64,000 bases of DNA from an uncultured Acidobacteriota bacterium (GCA_963800865.1 CAWDCL010000004.1:791013-855012), one strand, 5' to 3'. Shown: positions 10,201-19,320, counted from the stretch's first letter. Notes: generated by a model not told the origin, from the sequence alone. Numbers and translations are program-made.

Positions 10201-10222
10201 ACACGTGAGCGCTTGCCCGTAA
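7214..10222 (+). CDS. Large secreted protein (about 1000 aa). It has an N-terminal Ig-like region, a clan GH-A glycoside-hydrolase-like core, and a thrombospondin type-3 calcium-binding repeat near the C-terminus.
   Basis: Signal peptide AALAACLAALLAAGLSAPPALAAQP. The motif TVGNEPDLDIFWKGT contains NEP (the acid/base Glu context of GH39/GH5). DPDRDGVYDPDDNCPDTVNPDQLDADGDLHGDACDC is a TSP3 repeat. The ATG at 7214 was chosen. Confidence 0.6.
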   Translation: MRGGGTRRAWCVTVRRAALAACLAALLAAGLSAPPALAAQPPAVTHDCAPRVNTLPRPCDNTTDVPSTTTIYFEVTVPSTNPAAADVDPDSVTASLSWPGGGPLSMLLPGQVPGDGFAGRTIPLFTDGGRRGYGFFIEPRQPLRASTVYTVRVDARTLSGAALDPAGAAWSFATRRPLEGATARFDVDLAAPALTWRGRFFAGAIKPNFGTSALFQQEPVYALIDAARADAPEFFLQQRDWPLFADFWQANGFFDGNPNLVRERETRRITQMQDGGSRTVLTVADMLEAPLYNIAPNRPLSPDYHAGDQVLVCDRNKCETATVQSVSDALRQVNVSRLATPPGSWTLNWAGSTPLDNPATPDNFSLPLGSLRKLAPAGTPRYYWKRLDDEWDRHVAHGRRPHVNFAAPPYDLSRTALGQDPSGGDSPYPPKDWTEWHHVVRAVVFHILDRYGAQVADWTYTVGNEPDLDIFWKGTDNEFLAFYDHTVNAVFKAFEERGIDSARIRVGGPEATGLFEGYITQILYHASPTAVNPAAGFEERNFVCLDPAFAPLLSQRLAAHCAAHQDRGTPLDLVSVHGYKRAAEAAATLIGARNQALSIDGPYFAGLSVNSHETTPDWIPGRDPGSRDMYRWGGYFSSWGADFFRRLLEEGAADPRKRAGELTLTTWPFNTNFSGYACIAGQLRIDADGDGTQDRVDAVPVPFFHMAHLAARMSHEVAPLAAVEDAGSRLSGWRSVEPAADLVLLYAHDADDAPGEERGGWDLTLALANLRFPLVEVTEYRLDREHAARAALDALPERGESGVYRPDEVAAFEAAAKLAPYGAPQRHAVVAGRLDLPSRLVAQGVVFLEIRRPDPDRDGVYDPDDNCPDTVNPDQLDADGDLHGDACDCAPGDPLVFAAPREVTGLQLGVDGATIAWDSAAPFCGSATVHDLYREAAERVPAGGAGGGACLAPGTPAASFVDADRPAAGTGYRYLVRARNACAAGPWGDSSDGLPRHVSACP

Positions 10223-10249
10223 GCCGCCCGGGCAGCCTAGAATCGTCGG

Positions 10250-10990
10250 GTGCGCAGCCACGAGTCGAGTTCCCGCCCCCGGATCGTCGCCAACCTCGCG
10301 ATGAGCGCCGACGGCAAGATCGACAGCGTCTATCGCGAGGGGCGGGGCCTGGGCTCGCGTCTCGACCGCGACCGGCTCGACGAGCTGCGCGCCGAAGCCG
10401 ACGCGGTCGTCGTCGGCGCCGCGACGATCCGCGCCGAGGATCCGCCGCTGGGGGTGCGCGACCCGGGGCGCCGCCACCAGCGGCTCGGCGAGGGACGCCC
10501 GGCGCACCCGACGCCGGTCGTGCTCAGCCGCACCGCCGACATCCCTCTCACCGCGCGCTTCCTCGGCGGGGACGCGCCGCAGAAGATCCTGGCCGTTCCC
10601 GCGGATCTCGACCCCTTTGCGACCGCACCGTACGAAGCGCTCGCGGCGAGCGGCGGGGTGCGGGTGCTGCGGGCCGGCGCGGGCACGGTGGACCTGCAGG
10701 CGCTGGTCGCCGCGCTGCACGAGGACGGCGCGCGGCTGATCGTGGTCGAAGGGGGCGGCGACGTCGTCGCCGCGTTCCTCGCGGCCGGGCTGCTCGACGA
10801 GCTGCGCCTGACGCTGGTACCGGCGCTGCTCGGCGGCCGGGACGCGCCGACCCCGGTGGAGGGCGGGGGCTGGGCCTTCGCCGACCGGCGGCGGCTGACG
10901 CTGCTCGAGTCCGAGCGCGTCGGCGACGAACTGTACCTGCGCTACGAGGTCAATCTCCGGCCCGACGAAGACTCGCTTGCCAAGCCCTGA
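10250..10990 (+). CDS. RibD C-terminal-domain (dihydrofolate-reductase-like) reductase family protein
   Basis: RIVANLAMSADGKI...DAVVVGAATIRAEDPPL...LIVVEGGGDVVAAFLAAGLLDELRLTLVPALLGG. The start is a GTG. Confidence 0.65.
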   Translation: MRSHESSSRPRIVANLAMSADGKIDSVYREGRGLGSRLDRDRLDELRAEADAVVVGAATIRAEDPPLGVRDPGRRHQRLGEGRPAHPTPVVLSRTADIPLTARFLGGDAPQKILAVPADLDPFATAPYEALAASGGVRVLRAGAGTVDLQALVAALHEDGARLIVVEGGGDVVAAFLAAGLLDELRLTLVPALLGGRDAPTPVEGGGWAFADRRRLTLLESERVGDELYLRYEVNLRPDEDSLAKP

Positions 10991-11059
10991 CCGCGGGGGC
11001 AACATGCCCGCTTCCCGCGCGGCCGCGCCCCGCCAGCCGGCCCCCGGGACGAGGACTCC

Positions 11060-11323
11060 ATGACCTACGTGATCACCCAGCCGTGCATCACCGTGAAGGA
11101 CGCCTCCTGCGTCGCGGTCTGCCCCGTCGAGTGCATCCACCCGACCAAGGACGAGCCGGACTTCGCGACCGAGAGCCAGCTCTACATCGACCCCGAGACC
11201 TGCATCGACTGCGGCGCCTGCGAGCCGGAGTGCCCGGTGGACGCGATCTTCGAGGAAGAGTTCGTCCCCGAGAAGTGGAAGAGCTTCACGGCGATCAACG
11301 CCGACTGGTACAAGAAGCGCTGA
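11060..11323 (+). CDS. fdxA: Ferredoxin (7Fe, [3Fe-4S][4Fe-4S] FdxA type)
   Basis: CITVKDASCVAVCPVECIHP...CIDCGACEPECPV. The Cys spacing is the classic one. Confidence 0.85.
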   Translation: MTYVITQPCITVKDASCVAVCPVECIHPTKDEPDFATESQLYIDPETCIDCGACEPECPVDAIFEEEFVPEKWKSFTAINADWYKKR

Positions 11324-11324
11324 G

Positions 11325-12488
11325 ATGGGAGAGGCCCCGGCGCTCGCCCCCTGGGCGCAGCCCGACGCGCGGACGCGGGGCCGGCGCCACGACGAGCCGG
11401 AACACGGATACCGCCCCGTCTACGCCCGCGACCGCGACCGGATCATCCACTGCCGCGCGTTCCGCCGCCTCGAGTACAAGACGCAGGTCTTCGTCAACCA
11501 CGAGGGCGACCACTACCGCACGCGCCTGACGCACTCGATCGAGGTCGCGCAGATCGCCCGCACGGTGGCGCGGGCGCTCGGGCTCAACGCCGACCTGTCC
11601 GAGTCGCTGGCGCTGTCGCACGACCTCGGGCACACCCCGTTCGGGCACCTCGGCGAGGAGGTGCTCGACCCGCTGCTGCGCGCGCTGGGAGGCTTCTCCC
11701 ACAACCGCCAGACGCTGCGGATCGTCGAGGTCCTCGAGCAGCGCTACCCCGACTTCCCGGGGCTGAACCTGACCTGGGAGGTGCGCGAGGGGATCGCCAA
11801 GCACAGCGGCACGCCGGACCTGGCGCGCTTCCCCGAGGCGGCGGAGTACGACCCCGCCGTGCCGCCGCCGGTCGAGGCGCAGATGATCGACCTCGTCGAC
11901 GAGATCGCCTACAACCACCACGACATCGACGACGGGCTGGAGTCGCGGCTGCTCGAGGTCGACGACCTGGTGCGCACGGTGCCGCTGTTCGGCCGGGTCT
12001 ACCAGGACGCGGCGCGGCGCTGGCCGGCGCAGGGCGATCGGATGTGGGTCAAGATCGCGCTGCGCGGGGTGATCGACACCCTGGTGAGCGATCTCGTCGA
12101 CACCACGCGGGCCGAGTTGACGGCGCGCGGGCTGCATTCGGTGGACGACGTCCGCGCGCAGGCCCGCTGGCTGGCCGCGCTCTCGCCCCCCGTCGCCGCC
12201 GAGAACCGCGTGCTCAAGCACTACCTGCACGAACACCTCTACCGCCACCCGCGCATCCTCGAGACGAAGCGTCACCTGGCCGACGTGCTGCGGGACCTGT
12301 TCGCGGCCTACGCCGCGCGCCCGGCCGAGATGCCGGAGCGCTTCGCCGCGCTGGCCGAGACGGAGGGCGCGGCGCGCGCCGCGAGCGACTACCTGGCCGG
12401 CATGACCGACCGCTTCGCGCTGCAGGAGCACCGGCGGCTGTGCGGCGGGCCGGGGCCGGACGCGTTTCCGTTCGCGACGCGGCCGTAG
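11325..12488 (+). CDS. dGTPase-like deoxynucleoside triphosphate triphosphohydrolase (HD domain)
   Basis: YRTRLTHSIEVAQIAR...SHDLGHTPFGH...DIDDGL. Only a 1-nt gap separates it from the ferredoxin gene. Confidence 0.85.
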   Translation: MGEAPALAPWAQPDARTRGRRHDEPEHGYRPVYARDRDRIIHCRAFRRLEYKTQVFVNHEGDHYRTRLTHSIEVAQIARTVARALGLNADLSESLALSHDLGHTPFGHLGEEVLDPLLRALGGFSHNRQTLRIVEVLEQRYPDFPGLNLTWEVREGIAKHSGTPDLARFPEAAEYDPAVPPPVEAQMIDLVDEIAYNHHDIDDGLESRLLEVDDLVRTVPLFGRVYQDAARRWPAQGDRMWVKIALRGVIDTLVSDLVDTTRAELTARGLHSVDDVRAQARWLAALSPPVAAENRVLKHYLHEHLYRHPRILETKRHLADVLRDLFAAYAARPAEMPERFAALAETEGAARAASDYLAGMTDRFALQEHRRLCGGPGPDAFPFATRP

Positions 12489-12615
12489 GGGCCGGTCCGG
12501 GGGCGTGCCGGCCCGGCGACGCTTTGACAGTCCGGGCCGGTGGACCCGAGAATCCCGCCCTTCGCTTCACCGTCTTCGCCCGAGAGAAGTCACCGGAATG
12601 CCCCAAGGAGGCTCC

Positions 12616-13233
12616 ATGAAAGCGGCAACGATGTTCTCGATCTCCTCCCTGATCCTGGCGATGTCCGCCTCGATCCCGGCCGCGACGGCGGACAGCGCCG
12701 AGGCGACCTGCCAGCTCCGCAAGGACGGCGAGACCAAGGCGAGCGCGTCCGGCCCCTGCACCTTCTCGCAGCGGCAGGGCAACATCGACATCGACCTGAA
12801 GAACGGCGACACGGTCAGCCTGACCCTGGGGGACAAGGCGAACCACTACAAGGACCAGAAGGGGAGGACGGTCGTGCGGACCGTGCTCCCGGACGGCGCC
12901 CACGAGTACAAGTGGGAGGGGAAGAAGCTCCTCGTGACCTTCGAGACGACGGGGTCGGCCACCCACGGCCAGCAGGGTCAAAGCAAGCCGCAGGCCGATT
13001 CCGACACGCCCGCCAACCTGCGGGACCTCGTCGGGGGTCGCCGCGTCGGCGGCGAGGTGGACGACGAGCTGGTGCGGCGCGGCTACGAGCACATCAAGGA
13101 CGACGTCAACGAGCCCGACGTCTGGAGCTACTGGCGCCGGAAAGGCAGCTCGGAGTGCGTCGTCGTCCACTTCGACGCCAAGCGCGTCGTCCAGTCGATC
13201 GCTCCCGGGCTCGCGAGCAGCTGCAAGCGCTGA
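12616..13233 (+). CDS. Secreted hypothetical protein (205 aa)
   Basis: RBS AAGGAGG precedes the ATG at 12616. Signal peptide MKAATMFSISSLILAMSASIPAATA. Confidence 0.55.
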   Translation: MKAATMFSISSLILAMSASIPAATADSAEATCQLRKDGETKASASGPCTFSQRQGNIDIDLKNGDTVSLTLGDKANHYKDQKGRTVVRTVLPDGAHEYKWEGKKLLVTFETTGSATHGQQGQSKPQADSDTPANLRDLVGGRRVGGEVDDELVRRGYEHIKDDVNEPDVWSYWRRKGSSECVVVHFDAKRVVQSIAPGLASSCKR

Positions 13234-13288
13234 CGGTTGGCGGCATACGACCGCCGGTCCGGGCCCCCAGCGGCGGTCCGGGCCGGCG

Positions 13289-14037
13289 CTAGCCTCCCCG
13301 GACGAGAGCGTCCGGGACCTCGTACCGCTCGTCTTCTCCGAGCTTCACGACGGTGAGATCACCCGTGCGCGTGAAGGTCAGCGGGCCGGTCGAATCCGAC
13401 GCCACGGGATCGCCCTTGACGAACAGGACGCGGCGCACGAGGCCGCCGGGGCCGTGCACCTCGACCGTGGCGGTGCCGTCGAAGCCGCGGCGGGTGACGA
13501 AGGCCTCGCACTCCTGCGGCTTCGTCTCGAACGGCGGCACGCACGGGATCTTGGCCGAGGCGTGGAAGGAAGTGCCCGGGACGAGCGCGTCCTTCGAGGC
13601 TGCCGTCGGCGCGAGCGCCTGGCCGGTCACGCCGAGGGTCAGCGTGTAGTTGCTCGACTCGTTGCGGCGCGCGGCGGGGCGCATCAGGTAGACGCGGACC
13701 GTGTAGTCGCCGTCGGTCGGGGAGCATGCCCTTGAAGTCCGCGCCGCTGTCGCCGACGAACATCGCGACGTCCGAGCTGCCCGGCGGGAGCACGTTGAAA
13801 TAGTTCTGCGGGTTGGACTTCTTCAGCGCTACGACCAGCGTCTGGCCGGCCCCCGCGCGCAGGACGTAGTCGACGATCTGGTCACCCTTCAGGGCGCCCT
13901 GGATCGTGGCGCTGCTCGCGCCCGGCTTGAAGTGGACCGTTTCCTTGCGGATCTGCTGCGCCGTGGCCGGAACGGCGAGCGCCAGCAGGACCGCGACCGT
14001 CCCGATCGTCATCGACATCGATCTCATCTCGCCACCT
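13289..14037 (-). CDS. Secreted hypothetical protein, interrupted by a frameshift near 13718-13726 (a CCCC run on the coding strand)
   Basis: RBS GGGAGGTGG precedes the ATG at 14037. Signal peptide MRSMSMTIGTVAVLLALAVPATAQQ. The N-terminal part is in the 13359..14267 frame and the C-terminal part (TDGDYTVRVYLMRP...) is in the 13289..13684 frame. Confidence 0.55.
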
Positions 14038-14079
14038 CCCTCGACGCGCCCGGTTCTCGATCCCGGGATCCCGCCGCAG

Positions 14080-15201
14080 CTACCCTTTCTTCTTCTTCTC
14101 CTGCTCCGCTTCGACGACCGTGAAACCGGCGGGAGTCGTCGTTTCCGCGGTGGCTGCGGTCGGGGTGACGACCATCGTCGTTCCCGCGACCATCGCGCCG
14201 GCGACCTTCTCGACGAACTCGGGAGAGATCCGGACGCCCGAGAGCAGCGCCTCCGTCGTCTGCGCATCCATTTCCTTGCCCGCGAGCACCATCCAGCGCC
14301 GCTGCGGCGAGTCGGCTGCGCCGGCGCTCACCGCCACGCCCGGCGGCTGGAGCAGCGTGAAGATGTGCGGCATCAGCTTGCGCTCGGGATCGGTGAGCGT
14401 GAACGGGGCCCGGCCGATCTCGACCCCGTTGCGGAAGATCCGGACGCGGCCGTCCGCCCCGCTGACCAGGACCGACACCGGTCCCTCGGGGGCCGCCTCC
14501 GGTTTCCAGACGTAGTCCCCGGTGCGCACCGGCTCCGGGGCGTGATTGCCCGCCGCGTCGATCGGCGCGAACAGCCCGGGGTGGGCGACCGTCGAAGGGA
14601 ACTGGGACTCGTCGGAGACGACCACGGTCATCCCCTTCTTCGTCTCGGCGAACAGCAGCTTGGCGAACTCGTACGGCATGCGGACGCAGCCGTGCGAGGC
14701 GGGATAGCCGGGGAGCTTGCCCGCGTGAAGCGCCACGCCGGACCAGGTCAGTCGTTCCATGTACGGCATCGGCGCGTTGTTGTAGACGTTCGAGTGGTGG
14801 TCGACGTCCTTCTCGAGGATCGTGAAGACGCCGGTCGGCGTCTCGTGCCCCTTCTTTCCCGTCGACACCGTCGCGACGCCGATGACCACACCGTTGCGGT
14901 AGACGTGCGCGCGCTGATCGGGCAGCGAGACGACCATCACGATCGGCCCCTCCGGCGAAGCCTGGGGGTACCAGAAGTACTCGCCGGGCTTCAGCGTTGC
15001 GGGCGGTGCGGTCCGGGCGACCCCCACCGTGGAGGTGGACTTGGTCGGGACCTGCTCCGGGGCGGCGGTGGCCGGGAGGAGGGCGAGGAGGGCGAGGGGA
15101 CGACGAGGGGTGCGGGGGCCGAGATGCGCATGAGCTTCGTACTCTCCCTTGAGAAAACAGCCAGTCAGCCGGCGACAACCGCTGCCGCGAGCCGGTGCCA
15201 T
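14080..15201 (-). CDS. L,D-transpeptidase with tandem YkuD domains; the start is uncertain
   Basis: HGCVRMP catalytic motif in domain 1, and a second YkuD-like repeat (YVWKPEAAPEGPVSVLVSGADGRVRIFRNGVEI). There is a signal-like segment RRPLALLALLPATAAP. The ATG at 15201 is 34 aa upstream of the h-region, and an out-of-frame ATG lies at about 15132. Confidence 0.65.
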   Translation of the reverse strand: MAPARGSGCRRLTGCFLKGEYEAHAHLGPRTPRRPLALLALLPATAAPEQVPTKSTSTVGVARTAPPATLKPGEYFWYPQASPEGPIVMVVSLPDQRAHVYRNGVVIGVATVSTGKKGHETPTGVFTILEKDVDHHSNVYNNAPMPYMERLTWSGVALHAGKLPGYPASHGCVRMPYEFAKLLFAETKKGMTVVVSDESQFPSTVAHPGLFAPIDAAGNHAPEPVRTGDYVWKPEAAPEGPVSVLVSGADGRVRIFRNGVEIGRAPFTLTDPERKLMPHIFTLLQPPGVAVSAGAADSPQRRWMVLAGKEMDAQTTEALLSGVRISPEFVEKVAGAMVAGTTMVVTPTAATAETTTPAGFTVVEAEQEKKKKG

Positions 15202-15337
15202 TTTCCGCGCCCCGCGGAACAATGCAACGGTCGAGCGGTTCTCCTCCCTGTGCGTCCCGCCGCGTTCGCCCGGCGCTTGCCGCGGCCGGGAGCGGTCGCT
15301 AGACTCCCGCGGCCGCCAGCCACCAGGGAGATTCGAC

Positions 15338-16318
15338 ATGGCCCGCCCGACGACCCGATCGCTTGCCCTCCTCCTGTTCGCGACGCCCGCGCTGTTCGCG
15401 GCCGCAATCGGCTTCGCCGCCGCGCAGGAGTTGACCGAGGAGTGGGGCGTCAAGCGCCCGGGCGGCGAATACCGCACCTACCGCGCCGGCAACCTCGACA
15501 ACTGCATGGACGCCTGCCGGGCGGACCGGCGGTGCCGGGCATATGTGTACAGGACGGGCTCGACCGAGTGCTCGCTGAAGGGGACGGTCGGCAACAAGGA
15601 GCGGGACAGCAACCGCGTCAGCGGGGTGAAGAAGTCGGGCGGAGGCTCCTGGGAGAACGACTACGGCACGCACCGCAGCGCGTCGGAGGCCTGTCGCGCG
15701 GAGGTCGCGCGGAGGGTTGGCGTCGGCTCCCAGGACGTGCGGCTCGAGTACGACGACGGGCGCAACTCCAACAGCACCTTCATCTGGCGCGCCGCGAGGA
15801 AGCGCGGCAACTGCGTCGCCAACGACCGCGGCCGCATCGTCGAGTTCAACGACTGGGGCTGGGGGAACGCCTCGAACCCGCGGCCGCAGTGGAAGCAGGA
15901 CCCGGAAGGGGTCTGCCGCCGGGAGGTCGAGCGGCGCGTCGGCGTGCCGCGCCAGGACATCAACCTGTCGAGCGTCGAGTACGCGGGCGGTTCGGCCTTC
16001 ATCGACTGGCGGGGCGGGGGAGAGCGCGGAACGTGCGAGCTGAACGCGCGCACGGGCGAGTTCATCACCCTCCAGGGCCACGGCAACTCCTACGAGTCGT
16101 ACGACTCCGGGCGCCCGAGCCAGGACCAGATCTCGCGCGGCTCGCAGAAGTGCCGGGAGGAGGCGGCGGCGCGCACGAACACCCGCGCCTCGAACGTCAG
16201 CGTCGAGTTCAAGCGGGTCAAGGACGGGGCGCTGGTCTACGCCTGGAGGGCCGCGGGCGAGCGGGGAAAGTGCGGCGTCAGCGAGTACGGCCGCGTCGGC
16301 TACTTCGAGCGCGACTGA
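15338..16318 (+). CDS. Secreted protein with an N-terminal PAN/apple-like domain and three tandem ~60-aa cysteine-pair repeats
   Basis: RBS AGGGAG. Signal peptide MARPTTRSLALLLFATPALFAAAIGFAAAQE. The PAN-like segment is NLDNCMDACRADRRCRAYVYRTGSTECSLKG. The repeats start at about residues 118, 186 and 254 and share the pattern C[RK]xE...R...V.VE......W....RG.C......G.i.EF. Confidence 0.6.
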   Translation: MARPTTRSLALLLFATPALFAAAIGFAAAQELTEEWGVKRPGGEYRTYRAGNLDNCMDACRADRRCRAYVYRTGSTECSLKGTVGNKERDSNRVSGVKKSGGGSWENDYGTHRSASEACRAEVARRVGVGSQDVRLEYDDGRNSNSTFIWRAARKRGNCVANDRGRIVEFNDWGWGNASNPRPQWKQDPEGVCRREVERRVGVPRQDINLSSVEYAGGSAFIDWRGGGERGTCELNARTGEFITLQGHGNSYESYDSGRPSQDQISRGSQKCREEAAARTNTRASNVSVEFKRVKDGALVYAWRAAGERGKCGVSEYGRVGYFERD

Positions 16319-16335
16319 GGAACGCCGCCCGGCCC

Positions 16336-17385
16336 CTACCGGATCCGCACCACGACCTTCCCCAGCGCCTTGCGCTCCTCCAGCTTGCGGTGCGCGGCGG
16401 CCAGCTCCTCGAACGGGAAGACCGAGTCGACGACCGTCTTCAGCCGCCCCGCCCCGATCAGCTGCACGATCGTCACCAGGTCGGCGCGGCGGCCCATCGT
16501 CGAGCCGAGGATCTCGAGGTTCCTGAAGAAGACCGGGCGGAAGTCGGCCTTCATCTCGAAGCCCGACGAGGCCCCGACGAAGACGTATCGGCCCCCCTTG
16601 CCCAGCGTCTGCAGCGAGCCCGGGAAGCTCTCCTGCCCGACGTGGTCGGCGACGACCTGGATCCCGCGCGGGCCGGCCCAGTCGCGGACCCTCTTCACCC
16701 ATCCCGGGTCCTTCGAGTCGAACGCCTCCTCGGCCCCCAGCGTGAGCGCGAGGGCGCGCTTCTCCGGCGTCCCCGCGGTGGCGACGACGCGGGCCCCGTG
16801 GAGGCGAGCGACCTGGATCGCCGCCACCGAGACCCCCGACGCCGCGGCGTGGACCAGCACCCGCATCCCGGGCTCGACGCGCGCCTTGTGGACCAGCATG
16901 TGCCAGGCGGTGAGGAAGGTCAGCGCGAACGACGCGCCGCTCTCGAGGTCGAGCGCGTCGGCCAGCGGCCAGACGCTCGTCGCCGGCAGCACGAGGAACT
17001 CGGTCGCGGTCCCGTTGCGCGCCTCGCCGAGGATCGCGTAGCTGGGACAGAGGTTGTCCCGGCCGGCAAGGCAGCTTTCGCAGCGCATGCAGGAGACCCC
17101 CGGCATGATGAAGACCCGCGTCCCCGGCAGCGGCCCGGCCACCCCGTCTCCCAGCGCGTCGATCCGCCCCGAGCCGTCGCAGCCGGGGACGATCGGCAGC
17201 GGGAAGCGCACCCCGGGTATTCCGCGCCGGACCCAGATATCGAGGTGATTGAGCGCCATCGCCTCGAGCCGCACCCGGACCTCGCCCGGGCCGGGCTCGG
17301 GGAGGGGAAGCGCCTCCATCCGCAGCACCTCGGGGCCGCCGTGCTCGTGGATCCGGAACGCGCGCATCGTCGTCGCGGCCGCCAT
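16336..17385 (-). CDS. Zinc-binding alcohol dehydrogenase / quinone oxidoreductase (MDR superfamily)
   Basis: GGAGGAG RBS precedes the ATG at 17385. GHE-like catalytic region plus a structural zinc Cys cluster CMRCESCLAGRDNLC, and a Rossmann segment AAASGVSVAAIQVARLHGARVVA. Confidence 0.8.
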   Translation of the reverse strand: MAAATTMRAFRIHEHGGPEVLRMEALPLPEPGPGEVRVRLEAMALNHLDIWVRRGIPGVRFPLPIVPGCDGSGRIDALGDGVAGPLPGTRVFIMPGVSCMRCESCLAGRDNLCPSYAILGEARNGTATEFLVLPATSVWPLADALDLESGASFALTFLTAWHMLVHKARVEPGMRVLVHAAASGVSVAAIQVARLHGARVVATAGTPEKRALALTLGAEEAFDSKDPGWVKRVRDWAGPRGIQVVADHVGQESFPGSLQTLGKGGRYVFVGASSGFEMKADFRPVFFRNLEILGSTMGRRADLVTIVQLIGAGRLKTVVDSVFPFEELAAAHRKLEERKALGKVVVRIR

Positions 17386-17421
17386 CGGGCTCTCCTCCGA
17401 AAGCCGGATTATAGTCACCGG

Positions 17422-18364
17422 GTGCGCACGCCCCTCCCGCCCGCGTTGGCCGCCGCCGCGCTGCTCGCGTCGTTCGCGGGCGGCTGCTCGCCCGGTTCGG
17501 ACGAGCCCGAATCGCCGCTCCTCGACTCCCCGGCGATTGGAGCTGCGGATGCCCGCCGAGAGCGTCCCGCCCAACCTCGGGATCATCGACATGAAGGCCT
17601 ACCAGGTCCTGGTGTCGCGCGACGAGCGCCGGGTCCTGGTGCGGGCGCTGATCGAGAATCAGTCGGCGCACGACCTGCCCTCGCCGTTCCGGCTGGACGT
17701 CAGGCTGCACCGCGGCGGGCAGGCGGTCGGGACCTGCCGCGGCGACGAAGGGCTGCCGGCGGCGCGGGTGGCGCTGTGCGAGGTCTGGATCGACCCGAAG
17801 GACCCGGCGCTGGAGGGGGCGATCCTCGAGGTCGAGCTGGCGCGCAACGTCCCCGGCTTCGCGGAGTGGGACAAGGTCCCGGCCGACGACCGGCGCGAGG
17901 TCGTGCTGCGCACGCTGACCGAGGAGACCGGGACGCTCCGGATCACCGAGTGGTCGCTCGAGCCGGTCATGCTGCCGCGCGGGGGCGAGGTCAGCTTCCG
18001 CTTCGCGGTCGAGGGAGCGCACCTGGTCTGGCTGATGTCCGAGGAGAAGACGCCCCGCCTGCTCGCCGGGAACCCGGCCGACGGTCTGCTCGAAGGAGGC
18101 GGCCGGGTCAACGTCCTGACCACCGGCCCGGTCACGCTGATCGCGCGGAACTCGCTCGGCGTCTACGTCTACCGCGCGGCGCCGGTCTTCGTCAGCGGCA
18201 CCACCGGCGAGCTGTGGGCGGCGGCACAGGTTCCCACCGCGAGCGGCAACGCGCAGGCGCAGATCCTGGAGCCCGGGATCTACGACATCTACGAGCAGGA
18301 TCAGCTGCTGCTGGAGAGCATCCGCGCTTTCCAGCGCGGCCTCGCCGCGCCGGGGGCGCCGTGA
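17422..18364 (+). CDS. Lipoprotein, hypothetical; the signal peptide and the mature domain are in different frames (+1 near 17535-17550)
   Basis: GTG at 17422 opens VRTPLPPALAAAALLASFAGGCSPGSDEP, a lipobox-like signal, in frame 1. The mature region MPAESVPPNLGIIDMKAYQVLVSRDERRVL... continues in frame 2. Confidence 0.5.
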
Positions 18365-19281
18365 GCGGGACCGCCGCATCCGGGCGGCCCGGCGCCGTCC
18401 GGCTGTTCGAGGTCGGGCCGCGCGACGGGCTGCAGAACGAGGCGCTGCTGGTCCCGCTCGAGCAGAAGCTGCGCTTCGTCGAGCAGCTGATCGCGGCCGG
18501 GCTCTCCGACATCGAGGTCGGCGCCTTCGTGCACCCGAAGTGGGTGCCGCAGATGGCCGACGCCGACGAGCTGGTGCGGCGCCTGCCCGCGCGCGAAGGG
18601 GTCCGCTACTGGGCGCTGGTCCCCAACGAGCGCGGCCTCGACCGCGCGCTGGCCGCGGGCGCCGCGCACCTGGGACTGCTGGCCTCGGCCAGCGAGACCC
18701 ACAGCCGCAAGAACATCAACCGCTCGGTGGACCGCGTGCGGGCCGAGAACCGGCGCGTCGCGGCCCGCGCGCTGGCGGCCGGCGCGACGCTGCGCGGCTA
18801 CGTCTCGGTCGCCTTCGGCTGCCCCTACGAGGGAGAGGTTCCGCTGGACCGCGTGCTGATGCTGGCGGAGGAGTACCTCGAGATGGGCGTCGCCCAGGTG
18901 GCGCTCGGCGATACGACCGGGATGGCCGAGCCGGACCAGATCCGCCGCGCCGCGCGCCGCGCGCTGGACGCCTTCGGCGCCGAGCGCGTCGCGTTCCACC
19001 TGCACGACACGCGCGGCACCGGCCTCGTCCACGCGCTCACCGCGCTGGAGGAGGGGGTCGCGACGCTCGACGCCTCGACCGGCGGGATCGGCGGCTGTCC
19101 CTACGCGCCGGGCGCGGCGGGGAACCTGGCGACGGAGGACCTGCTCTACCTGCTCGACCGCCTGGGGATCGGGACCGGCGTCGAGCTCGAGGGGATCGTC
19201 GCGGCCTCGCAGTGGCTGCGCGACGAGCTGGGGCTGGCGATCCCGTCGCGCTACTTCCGGTTCGCGATCGCGGACCGGTGA
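18361..19281 (+). CDS. Hydroxymethylglutaryl-CoA lyase
   Basis: LFEVGPRDGLQNE...SFVHPKWVPQMADA...AFHLHDTRGTG...GGCPYAPGAAGN. The GTG start overlaps the upstream stop (GTGA). Confidence 0.85.
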   Translation: MSGTAASGRPGAVRLFEVGPRDGLQNEALLVPLEQKLRFVEQLIAAGLSDIEVGAFVHPKWVPQMADADELVRRLPAREGVRYWALVPNERGLDRALAAGAAHLGLLASASETHSRKNINRSVDRVRAENRRVAARALAAGATLRGYVSVAFGCPYEGEVPLDRVLMLAEEYLEMGVAQVALGDTTGMAEPDQIRRAARRALDAFGAERVAFHLHDTRGTGLVHALTALEEGVATLDASTGGIGGCPYAPGAAGNLATEDLLYLLDRLGIGTGVELEGIVAASQWLRDELGLAIPSRYFRFAIADR

Positions 19282-19320
19282 GATTCGGACCGGCCGGGGC
19301 TGGACCGTGGCAACCGGTCG

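Noticed and set aside
6230-11140. A 1636-aa minus-strand ORF overlapping the thiD-like gene, the large secreted hydrolase gene and the ribD-C gene. Similar giant ORFs are at 13906..19281 (+), 15299..18379 (-), 21630..24689 (+), 26831..29623 (-), 32694..35318 (-) and 59353..63000 (+).
   Set aside because: These are Arg/Ala/Gly-rich low-complexity translations that lie antisense or out of frame to genes with clear homology. Such stop-free runs are expected at ~70% GC. Only in-frame sub-segments were retained (for example HMG-CoA lyase, the lipid kinase and the permease).
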